64,000 nucleotides of DNA, from positions 32,001 through 96,000 of the forward strand of contig JBGAIQ010000018.1 of NCBI GenBank assembly GCA_044225365.1. The letters are read 5' to 3'. The stretch is from Planctomycetota bacterium. GTDB lineage: Bacteria; Planctomycetota; B15-G4; JADJEK01. The position numbers and the translations under genes were made by a program. Shown piece by piece: positions 40,126-49,771 of this stretch (the first letter of the stretch is position 1; every line of letters starts with the position of its first letter). The notes below the pieces were generated by a model. The model made no database searches. It worked only from the letters and a program-made list of their open reading frames with translations, and had not been told where the DNA came from.

Positions 40126-42168
40126 ATGATCGGATTCGGCGCATTCCTGACCTTCGTGAGCCTTTCGTGTACAGCAGGTCCGCAAGACGCATCACCTCAG
40201 AAACTCGCGCTCATCGTCGCGGTCGCGAAGTACCCCGCCTCGATCGAGAAGACCCTTCCTGCGCTGGAGGGCCCGCGTAACGACGCCAAGGAAGCGCGAG
40301 CGACTCTGACGACACGATTCGGATTCGACGCCGATTCGATTCGCACGCTCGTCGACGAGGAAGCGACGCACGAGAACGTCGTTCGCGCGTTCCATGACCA
40401 TCTCATCGCACGGGCGGGAATCGGCACCGAGGTCGTCTTCTGGTATTCCGGTCACGGATCGCTCACACCCGATGCGAGCGGATTCGAAGCGACGGGCTTC
40501 GACTCGACGCTGGTCCTCGCCGACAGTCGCGGTTCCGGGCTCGACGGCGCCTACGACCTGACCGACGACGAACTCTCCTCGTTGCTCGATGCCGCCGAAG
40601 ACAAGGGTGCGCACGTCCTCCTCGTCACCGACGCCTGCCATTCCGGCGGAATGACGCGCGGGGGCGGAGTCGCCAAGGTCGCACCCAAGGGCCTTCACGC
40701 GCTGTCGAAGCAACTCGTGGCACCGTTCTGGCCCCAGGACGTCGAGTTGAAGGACGACGACGGGAAGATCCATGAGCGACCGAATCTCGTTCACATCGCG
40801 GCGTGCACAACGGAGCAGGAGGCGAGGGAACGGCCGTTCCCGGAGCCCGATGGGACCCTCCTGATGCGCGGCTGCTTGACCCATGGGCTCTGCTGGTTCT
40901 TGAACGAAGCCCAGCCCGGAGACTCGTTTCGCAGCATCGCGGACAAGACGGCGCTGTGGGTCGAGGGCCTCCCCCCGCCCGACCAAACGCCGACCTGCTC
41001 GGGCGCCGTCGACCGTGAGTTGTTCTCCGGCAGCTTCGCCGCACGGCCGCGCGGCTATCGAGCGCGACTTGGCGAAGGACGGGAGATCGCCATCGAAGGC
41101 GGTCGCCTCCACGGCATTCGTCCGAGCAGCGAGTTCACGATCGAGAGCGACGCCGGCGCGAAGATCGGCCGAGCCCGAACGGGATTCCTCGGGTCGGGTT
41201 CGACCACCGCGTTCTGGGACGGAGACGTGCCGAGCGCGGCATCCGGAGTGGCGCTGCGCGCCATCCTCGTTCCTGGATCGGGCGGCCGAGATCCGCTCTC
41301 GATCCGATTCGCGAACGCGCGCGTCGCGAGTTTCCTTGCCGAGCGGTTCAAGGATCGGCTCATCGTCGCACCGAACGACGCTCCGGACGCTTATGCGCTC
41401 ACTGTCGCGAGTGGAACAGCGGACGATCCGGGGGTGCATTGCGAATTCCTCACGCCCGATGGCATTCCCCTTTGGCGTGGCACGTGGAAGGAGGTCGCCG
41501 ATGTAGCAGACTTCATGACCTCGCCGCCATTCGATCGATTCGTCGGCGAGTTCGACGCCGCACTCGAGAACGAAGCGGTCTATCGCGAACTGACCATGCT
41601 CCCGGCGGAACCGGGATCGTTGAAACTCACCGCCTCGCTCTCGCCCCCCGACGCCGCGACACTCGACTTCGTGAAGCGCCACGGCGCGACCCACGCGAGT
41701 GCGGCGAAGCTCGAGGTGGCGAAAGACGTGGCGGGTGTCGCTCGCACGTACCGCGCGACTTTCGATCCGAGGAGCGACGATCTCCCGGTCGCGCAGCTCT
41801 TCGTGCGGAACGACGAATCCGACGCGGTCTACTTGACGGTTCTCTCGGTGTCCGAAGACCGCGATCGCACGATCCTCCATCCTGCCGAGAACACCGTCGA
41901 CGAGGTGCTGCCGCCTTCCGGAAACCGCGTCATCTCGATCTCCCTGAATGGCGATGCGAACCATCGCTTCCATCGGGAACTGCGGGATCGCATCCTGGTG
42001 ATCGCGACGCGGCAGCCGGTCGACTTCTACGCACTGTCCGGCAAGACCTCGTATCGTTCGGGCGGCGCGCCAGGCGTCCTCGAACGCGCTTTCCGCGGCA
42101 GCGCGACCCGCGGCGGCAGCGACGACTACGGCGTCACCGCGATCGATGTCGTGATCCCTGCCCCGTAA
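40126..42168 (+). CDS. Caspase-like (peptidase C14) protease with an N-terminal signal and a DUF4384-like C-terminal domain
   Basis: KLALIVAVAKY, LEGPRNDA, catalytic His in YSGHG, catalytic Cys in TDACHSG, HIAAC and GCLTHGL. It is the 3' part of ORF 38449-42168. Confidence 0.88.
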   Translation: MIGFGAFLTFVSLSCTAGPQDASPQKLALIVAVAKYPASIEKTLPALEGPRNDAKEARATLTTRFGFDADSIRTLVDEEATHENVVRAFHDHLIARAGIGTEVVFWYSGHGSLTPDASGFEATGFDSTLVLADSRGSGLDGAYDLTDDELSSLLDAAEDKGAHVLLVTDACHSGGMTRGGGVAKVAPKGLHALSKQLVAPFWPQDVELKDDDGKIHERPNLVHIAACTTEQEARERPFPEPDGTLLMRGCLTHGLCWFLNEAQPGDSFRSIADKTALWVEGLPPPDQTPTCSGAVDRELFSGSFAARPRGYRARLGEGREIAIEGGRLHGIRPSSEFTIESDAGAKIGRARTGFLGSGSTTAFWDGDVPSAASGVALRAILVPGSGGRDPLSIRFANARVASFLAERFKDRLIVAPNDAPDAYALTVASGTADDPGVHCEFLTPDGIPLWRGTWKEVADVADFMTSPPFDRFVGEFDAALENEAVYRELTMLPAEPGSLKLTASLSPPDAATLDFVKRHGATHASAAKLEVAKDVAGVARTYRATFDPRSDDLPVAQLFVRNDESDAVYLTVLSVSEDRDRTILHPAENTVDEVLPPSGNRVISISLNGDANHRFHRELRDRILVIATRQPVDFYALSGKTSYRSGGAPGVLERAFRGSATRGGSDDYGVTAIDVVIPAP

Positions 42169-42412
42169 CCGCGGGCTCACCCGCGACGAAACATCTCTCG
42201 CCGCGAATTCGCACGATTCGACACGGTGCGTGCTTTGCGATCGGAACCGACCCGACGTTGCGCGCAGCGATGTGCCGTCCCTTGCATTCGACGACACCCT
42301 CCGCGCCCACCTCGAGAGGTTCGACGGCGTCCGCGAAGTCTCCACGCCGGAGCCGGTGCGGATCTGCATTCCGGCCCACGACGAGCTCGCACATTCCCAC
42401 ACAGAGATCCAC
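42134..42412 (-). CDS. Small NfeD-like (C-terminal OB-fold) protein
   Basis: AVEPLEVGAEGVVECKGRHIAARNVGSVPIAKHAPCRIVRIRGERCFV matches the NfeD C-terminal pattern. Same frame as the upstream NfeD-like ORF. Confidence 0.45.
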   Translation of the reverse strand: MDLCVGMCELVVGRNADPHRLRRGDFADAVEPLEVGAEGVVECKGRHIAARNVGSVPIAKHAPCRIVRIRGERCFVAGEPAVTGQGSRHRSR

Positions 42413-42439
42413 GACGAACTCGATCCAGGCGCCCAGGGA

Positions 42440-42922
42440 TCACCGGTCCTCGTCATGCGTCGGTGGCAGATATTGGGGATTGCCGCGCGGCTCCCGGAGG
42501 ACGCCGAAATTATTGCTGATCGCGGGGACGTCGACTCCGTGGCGCTTGTCGCGCGAACATATCCGATCCGCCACGAGGTGGAGTTCGCCGACGACATCGA
42601 TGATCACGCATCGCTCGCCCTTGGGAAGCAACACCAAACCCTCGTTGCGCGCAAGGAGCGGCGTGCCACGCCAGCGCACGATTCCGAGCGAGCCGGGCTC
42701 GATGTCGTCGACCGGTCGCGCGCTGTCCCCACGAATCGGATTTCCGTTCGGCGGGGCGACGACGTACCAGGCGAGGGCGCCGCACGCCAGGACGACCAAG
42801 GTGACGATGAGTCGAAACTCGACCGTGGAGCCGCTTCCGAGCCAGCAGGGCAGCAAGAAACAGATACTCCAAATCGCGATCTCCGCGGGGGCGAACGGAC
42901 TCGGCTGCGACCGCTTCTTCAT
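42440..42922 (-). CDS. NfeD-like membrane protein
   Basis: Two TM segments followed by PVDDIEPGSLGIVRWRGTPLLARNEGLVLLPKGERCVIIDVVGELHLV. Extended -10 TGGTACGAT lies 9 nt before the ATG. Confidence 0.55.
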   Translation of the reverse strand: MKKRSQPSPFAPAEIAIWSICFLLPCWLGSGSTVEFRLIVTLVVLACGALAWYVVAPPNGNPIRGDSARPVDDIEPGSLGIVRWRGTPLLARNEGLVLLPKGERCVIIDVVGELHLVADRICSRDKRHGVDVPAISNNFGVLREPRGNPQYLPPTHDEDR

Positions 42923-42970
42923 GGCGCAGGAATCGTACCACCCCCGCGGCCCTTCCGGCACGACGCGGAG

Positions 42971-44227
42971 TCAGTTGACCAGCTTCCCGCTCTTGATCTC
43001 GGCGAAGAAGCTCCCGCCTGCGACGGATCGGGCGATCCGGCCCGAGGCCTTCTTGACCTTGAGGAAACCGAGACTGCCCTCGGTGCTGACCTTCACTTCG
43101 AGATCGATGCGGCCGCTGCCGCCGGCGGCGTTGATGCCGAGTTCGATGCCATTGAGGATGCGCTTGCTCGACGGCGCACCCGTCTCGCTGCCGTGGAAGT
43201 ACATCGCGTTCTCGAAGAAGAGATTCGCGATGCCATCGCTGGTCGTGTCCTTCTCGAACTGGACCATGATCGTGCGCGAGCCGGGCGCGACCGAGAGGAA
43301 TGCGTGCTCCTCGACCGACTGGGTGCCTTCGTCGTCACCGCCGCGCGTGCCCTTGATCGTGGCCTCGAAGCGATACGGCGCGAATGCGATCCCGAACGGT
43401 CCATCGAGAGCGGGGACGTTGAAGCCGATCGCACCTTTCGGCTGGAACGTCTCGGTGTCGAAGCGGATCACACGGTCATTCGCGTTCGAGCAGACGAAGA
43501 GATCGCCGTTCGGTGCGCAGACCATGCCGGTCGGATTCCCGAGATCCGCGACGGGAAACGTGTCGAGCACCTGGAGGGACGCCGTCGAACGTGACAGTGT
43601 GTTGCCGCCGAGCGACCCGTACCACACGAGATCGAAGGGCCCGATCGCGATGCCGAAGGGGAAAGGCGTCGATGAGATGTCCTTCGAGCGAAGCTGGTTC
43701 CCGAGGAGATTGACTTCGTACAGGATGCTCGGCGACGTCGACACGCCGACGATCGTTCCGGCCGAAGTGAATTCGAAATCGACGAGCGACTGCGTGGTGA
43801 GCGGAATGCTGCCAATCGCGTGCGGCGTGCTGCCCATCACCTCGAAGCGATGCATCTTGTGATCGAGCGAGCCGTTGATGTAGAGGAGGCCTTCGGGGCC
43901 GACTCGAACCGCGTTCGGGCCGACGTTCGGGCCGAGGGAGAACTTGTTCGACACCAGGCCGCTCGGGAGGATCTCGAACAGCTCATTCGTCGAGAACGAG
44001 GTCACGTACAAGAGACCATTCGCTCCGAATGCGAGCGACTGCGGTTGGTTCAAACCGGGAGGCGCGAAGGACCGCACGAATTGACCATTCTCGTCGAACT
44101 CGACGATATTGCCGTTGTTCGAGCAGCTGATGAACATGTGATTCGCCTTGAACTGCTCGGCGCGGGCGACAGCGGCAGCGAGGACGAGGGAGGAGAAGAC
44201 GACCGTGGCGGAATGGAGGAACTTCAT
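42971..44227 (-). CDS. Secreted NHL/Vgb-like beta-propeller protein
   Basis: Signal peptide ending ARA. About six repeats such as PQSLAFGANGLLYV, PNAVRVGPEGLLYI, PFGIAIGPFDLVWY and PTGMVCAPNGDLFV. Confidence 0.8.
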   Translation of the reverse strand: MKFLHSATVVFSSLVLAAAVARAEQFKANHMFISCSNNGNIVEFDENGQFVRSFAPPGLNQPQSLAFGANGLLYVTSFSTNELFEILPSGLVSNKFSLGPNVGPNAVRVGPEGLLYINGSLDHKMHRFEVMGSTPHAIGSIPLTTQSLVDFEFTSAGTIVGVSTSPSILYEVNLLGNQLRSKDISSTPFPFGIAIGPFDLVWYGSLGGNTLSRSTASLQVLDTFPVADLGNPTGMVCAPNGDLFVCSNANDRVIRFDTETFQPKGAIGFNVPALDGPFGIAFAPYRFEATIKGTRGGDDEGTQSVEEHAFLSVAPGSRTIMVQFEKDTTSDGIANLFFENAMYFHGSETGAPSSKRILNGIELGINAAGGSGRIDLEVKVSTEGSLGFLKVKKASGRIARSVAGGSFFAEIKSGKLVN

Positions 44228-44341
44228 GGTGGGCCTTTCTCGTTCGAGCGGGCCGCGAAGTGCGTCCCTCGCCTTCGAAAACGAGTCGCGGCCGAGAACC
44301 GAACGGGTCTTCACCCGGGTCGAACGGATCGGGGCTTCCGA

Positions 44342-44622
44342 GGACCGCCAGGCTCTGCCTGGCATCGCTTCGTCGTATTGCCGCGCTCTATCGCACCGGT
44401 CCTTCCTCTTCACCGGACCGCCAGGCTCTGCCTGGCATCGCTTCGTCGGACATGCCGCGCTGGAGCGCGGCGGTCCTTCCCCTTCACAGGACCGCCAGGC
44501 TCTGCCTGGCATCGCTTCGTCGAATTGCCGCGCTCTATCGCACCGGTCCTTCCTCTTCACCGGACCGCCAGGCTCTGCCTGGCATCGCTTCGTCGAATTG
44601 CCGCGCTCAAGCGCGGCGGTCC
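44342..44622. repeat. Cluster of four 73-74 bp palindromic units (REP/REPIN/BIME-like)
   Basis: Units start at 44342, 44415, 44489 and 44562 and share the 34-nt GGACCGCCAGGCTCTGCCTGGCATCGCTTCGTCG. Each closes with a second palindrome or its decayed form plus GGTCC. Confidence 0.9.
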
Positions 44623-44647
44623 AAGACGACGCCAGCGCCGTGCGCCT

Positions 44648-46597
<1,950 letters not shown>

Positions 46598-46740
46598 GGG
46601 CGTGCTCCTCGTGCTCGACGAATGGCGGAGATCATACCGCCGGGCGCGAAAGGCTGAAGTCAGCGCGGCACGGCCGCGGAGCCACTCAAGTCGAATCGCC
46701 GATTCTTCCGATGGGAGGACCGGACACCCAGGAGGACGCC

Positions 46741-47193
46741 GTGAAGTCACGCATCTACGTCGGCGGCACGTTCGACTGCTTCCACAGCGGCCATGTGAAC
46801 CTGTTGAAGAACGCGAAGCAGATCGCGGACTACGTGATCCTCGCGCTCAATAGCGACGCATTCGCCGAATCCTACAAGGGAAAGACCGTGATGAACGAGT
46901 TCGAACGGCTCGCCGTCGTGCGAGCCTGTTCGTACGTCGATCTCGCGTTCATCGTCGAGTCCCACGCGCATCAGGCGAAGTACCTCGAGATCCTGCGACC
47001 GGACTACATCCTCCACGGCGACGACTGGAAGGGCGACTCGCTGGTGAAGCAGCTCGGCATCACGGATGCGTTCATGGCCGAGAACCACATCGAGATGAAG
47101 TACGTGCCCTACACCACGGGCGTGTCGACCTCGGACATCAAGAAGCGAATCCTCGGCCTGCCCCATCTCCCCAGTCTGGTGGGAGCGAAGTAG
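46741..47193 (+). CDS. TagD-like cytidylyltransferase (HxGH nucleotidyltransferase)
   Basis: [20 protein letters not shown] and YTTGVSTS motifs. GGAGG RBS. Confidence 0.88.
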   Translation: MKSRIYVGGTFDCFHSGHVNLLKNAKQIADYVILALNSDAFAESYKGKTVMNEFERLAVVRACSYVDLAFIVESHAHQAKYLEILRPDYILHGDDWKGDSLVKQLGITDAFMAENHIEMKYVPYTTGVSTSDIKKRILGLPHLPSLVGAK

Positions 47194-47867
47194 TGTTCGT
47201 CATCCCTTGTCGCTTCGACCCGAAGCGGCCCGTGATCTTCAACTGCGTCTACCAGATCAAGCGTCATCATCCCGACGCCAAGATCCTGGTCGTCGACAGC
47301 GACTCCGAGAATCGCAGCTACATGGACGTCCTGCGGCCGCTCGGAATCCAGGTCGACGCCGCCGCGAACAAGCACTACGAAGTCGGCGCGCTGTGGCACG
47401 CCTACGAGCATCATCCGGCCGACCATTACTTCTTACTGCAGGACGCCGCGGTGGTGAAGGACAACCTCGACGACCTCCAGCGGCATGCCGTGTCGGGAAT
47501 GATGTACGCCGACGACTGGCTCGGCTGCTCGCCGTGCCACATCGACTGGGCCCGCGAGAACATCGGGAAGAGCGAGTACACGTTCCTCGAGGGCGGCTTC
47601 CACATGATCTTCGGGTGCATGCTCTTCACGAAACGCGAGGTGCTCGACCGCCTGCACGCGAGGAATTTCCATCGAGTGCTGCCGACGGACAAGGTCGGCT
47701 CGTGCGCCATGGAGCGCCTGCTCGGCATCGCGCTGCAGCACGAAGGCCTCGGCGATCAGATCCCGCGGACGTTCCTATCCGACTGGGTCGGTGTGAACGA
47801 CACGGGCAATGGCCAGAAAGTGACGCGCACCGCGCGCCTCGACAAAGTTTGGCTCGGGAGAATGTAG
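47193..47867 (+). CDS. Putative GT-A fold glycosyltransferase-like protein
   Basis: FVIPC...IKRHHPDAKILVVDSDS, YEVGA, FLLQD and AMERLLG motifs. The start overlaps the upstream stop by 1 nt. Confidence 0.6.
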   Translation: MFVIPCRFDPKRPVIFNCVYQIKRHHPDAKILVVDSDSENRSYMDVLRPLGIQVDAAANKHYEVGALWHAYEHHPADHYFLLQDAAVVKDNLDDLQRHAVSGMMYADDWLGCSPCHIDWARENIGKSEYTFLEGGFHMIFGCMLFTKREVLDRLHARNFHRVLPTDKVGSCAMERLLGIALQHEGLGDQIPRTFLSDWVGVNDTGNGQKVTRTARLDKVWLGRM

Positions 47868-47956
47868 GACGGCCGACGAGGCGCTCGCTCCCATCGACAC
47901 TCGACCGCCAAAGTCCTATACTTTGCGCTACAAAGTTAACGACCGCGAGGCGCTCG

Positions 47957-48820
47957 ATGGTATCGGACTCGCCACCTACTCCCGCGAGATCGCCCGCGTT
48001 CAATAAATTCGGCCTCGGCGCCTTCTTCCGCGTGCTCGGCGTGTTCGTCGCGGTCGAGGCGCTGATGGCGGTCGTCACCGCGCTCGCGCCGGGCAAACTC
48101 GTGATCTTCGTCGCGATGGCATTCGTTGCGGTGCAGGCGAACGAGTCCTTCTGGAAGCTCATGGGGGTCGAACTCCGTTTTGGACTCCGCAGCGTTCTTT
48201 GCGTGGGGATCGTGCTCAGCGCGATGGACCCTGCTTACGAGGCCGCGGAGAATACCTTGGACGGGATCGGATGGGTGATTCCCATCGGCATCCTGTACGT
48301 CGTGATGCTCGCGACGACGCTCTATCTCGTGATCGCGCAATTTCGCACCCCGCTGGCTGCGCTGCTCACCCTGCTCCTGTTCGCACTTCCGCTCACCTCG
48401 CCCGTCCTCGTCATGAAGCAGGCCGTGTTCGGTCACTTCTTTCGGACCGAGAAGGAGCTGAGGGAACTCTTCCGCCGCCATCGCTCCGACTTCATCGAGA
48501 TGGCGCAACTCGCGCTCGACACTCCCGACGCGACATCCCTCGGCGCGAATCCGCGGATGCAGAGGATCCTCCATCGATTGCAGGTTCGCCTCGAGTCGAC
48601 GACTGCGACCGGCGGTCTGACCCTACTCGTCTGGAGCCGCGGCTGGGCTTGCGACAGCTGGGACATGTACTTCGAATTCGCGCCCCGTCTCCAGGTTCCA
48701 ACGGTCCCGAGCATCGCGGCGGGTTGCGAGCGTAGTCGAAAGTTGACGCAAGGCGACGGCGTGAACCCGTTCTACGTCCCGCTCGACGGCGGTTGGTATC
48801 TCAAGTACCACGACGACTGA
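47957..48820 (+). CDS. Membrane protein of unknown function (about five TM helices plus a soluble C-terminal domain)
   Basis: Hydrophobic N-terminal half, C-terminus YVPLDGGWYL, GAGG RBS and a TATACT -10 upstream. Confidence 0.65.
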   Translation: MVSDSPPTPARSPAFNKFGLGAFFRVLGVFVAVEALMAVVTALAPGKLVIFVAMAFVAVQANESFWKLMGVELRFGLRSVLCVGIVLSAMDPAYEAAENTLDGIGWVIPIGILYVVMLATTLYLVIAQFRTPLAALLTLLLFALPLTSPVLVMKQAVFGHFFRTEKELRELFRRHRSDFIEMAQLALDTPDATSLGANPRMQRILHRLQVRLESTTATGGLTLLVWSRGWACDSWDMYFEFAPRLQVPTVPSIAAGCERSRKLTQGDGVNPFYVPLDGGWYLKYHDD

Positions 48821-48828
48821 CGCACGAC

Positions 48829-48851
48829 CCGGACGCGCTTGGCGCGTCCGG
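48829..48851. terminator. Hairpin between convergent genes
   Basis: CCGGACGCGC-TTG-GCGCGTCCGG perfect 10-bp stem. Confidence 0.6.
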
Positions 48852-48860
48852 TCGCAATGC

Positions 48861-49736
48861 TCAGATCGCGCGCATGGTCTTCAGGTTCTCGAAGATCGTG
48901 CGGGTCGCCGGGGACTTGTTGAGCGTGTAGAAGTGGATTCCGGGCGCGCCGCCGGCGAGCAGGCCGCGGCACTGCATCGTCGCGTGTTCGAGGCCGATGC
49001 GCACGACGGACTCGGGATCGTGCGACAGACCCTCGAGCCGCTTCAGGAGGGGCGTCGGGATGCGCGCGCCGCAGAGCTGCGTGAAGCGCTTCACCTGCGT
49101 GAGATTCGTGATCGGCATGATGCCGGGAACGATGGGAAGCGTGATCCCTGCTTCGCGCGCGCGACGGACGAACTCGAAGTAGTCGATGTTGTCGAAGAAG
49201 AGCTGCGTCACCAGGAAGTCGACGCCGGCCGCGACCTTCTTCTGGAGGTTCAGCAGATCCTGATCACGGTCCTTCGTCTCGACGTGGCCTTCGGGGTAGC
49301 AAGCACCGCCGAGACAGAACGCGTACTTCGAGCGAATGAACTCGGTGAGCTCGGAGGCGTAACCGAAACCGTTCGCCGTTCGCGTGAATGTCGTCTCGCC
49401 CTGGGGTGGATCGCCGCGCAGCGCGAGCACGTTCTCGATTCCGACGCCGTGGAGTCGATCGAGCACGCCCGCGATGTCGTTCTGAGTCGACTGCACGCAC
49501 GTGAGGTGCGCCATCGCCTCGATCCCGATCTCGTTCTTGATGCGGCCGACGAGATCGACCGTGCGATCGCGGGTCGAGCCGCCGGCACCGTACGTCACGG
49601 ACACGAACGACGGCGCGAGGGGCTTCAATTCTCCGATCGTGTCGTAGAGCTTGGCCACGCCCTCGTCGTTCTTCGGGGGGAAGAACTCGAAGGAGAACAC
49701 CGGTTTCCCCCGGTGGAACATGTCGCGAATCTTCAT
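48861..49736 (-). CDS. metF: 5,10-methylenetetrahydrofolate reductase
   Basis: SFEFFPPK, SVTYGAGG, AHLTC, ALRGDPP, YPEGH, TQLFFD and HFYTLN motifs. Confidence 0.97.
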   Translation of the reverse strand: MKIRDMFHRGKPVFSFEFFPPKNDEGVAKLYDTIGELKPLAPSFVSVTYGAGGSTRDRTVDLVGRIKNEIGIEAMAHLTCVQSTQNDIAGVLDRLHGVGIENVLALRGDPPQGETTFTRTANGFGYASELTEFIRSKYAFCLGGACYPEGHVETKDRDQDLLNLQKKVAAGVDFLVTQLFFDNIDYFEFVRRAREAGITLPIVPGIMPITNLTQVKRFTQLCGARIPTPLLKRLEGLSHDPESVVRIGLEHATMQCRGLLAGGAPGIHFYTLNKSPATRTIFENLKTMRAI

Positions 49737-49771
49737 CGATGCATCCGTTGCGTGAATTCGAACGTGTGAAG

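Noticed and set aside
40126-44227. Caspase-based anti-phage or cell-death system with the neighbouring beta-propeller
   Set aside because: The genes are convergent, both products look exported, and there is no gasdermin, NLR, TIR or CRISPR-associated partner nearby.
44228-44560. N-terminal extension of the beta-propeller ORF (529-aa version)
   Set aside because: The extension is just translation of the repeat cluster. The signal peptide starts at ATG 44227, after an AAAGG RBS.
44342-44622. CRISPR array (34-nt repeat, ~73-nt period)
   Set aside because: The would-be spacers are homologous to each other (1 and 3 are nearly identical) and palindromic. No cas genes or AT-rich leader are present. 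A REP-like cluster fits better.
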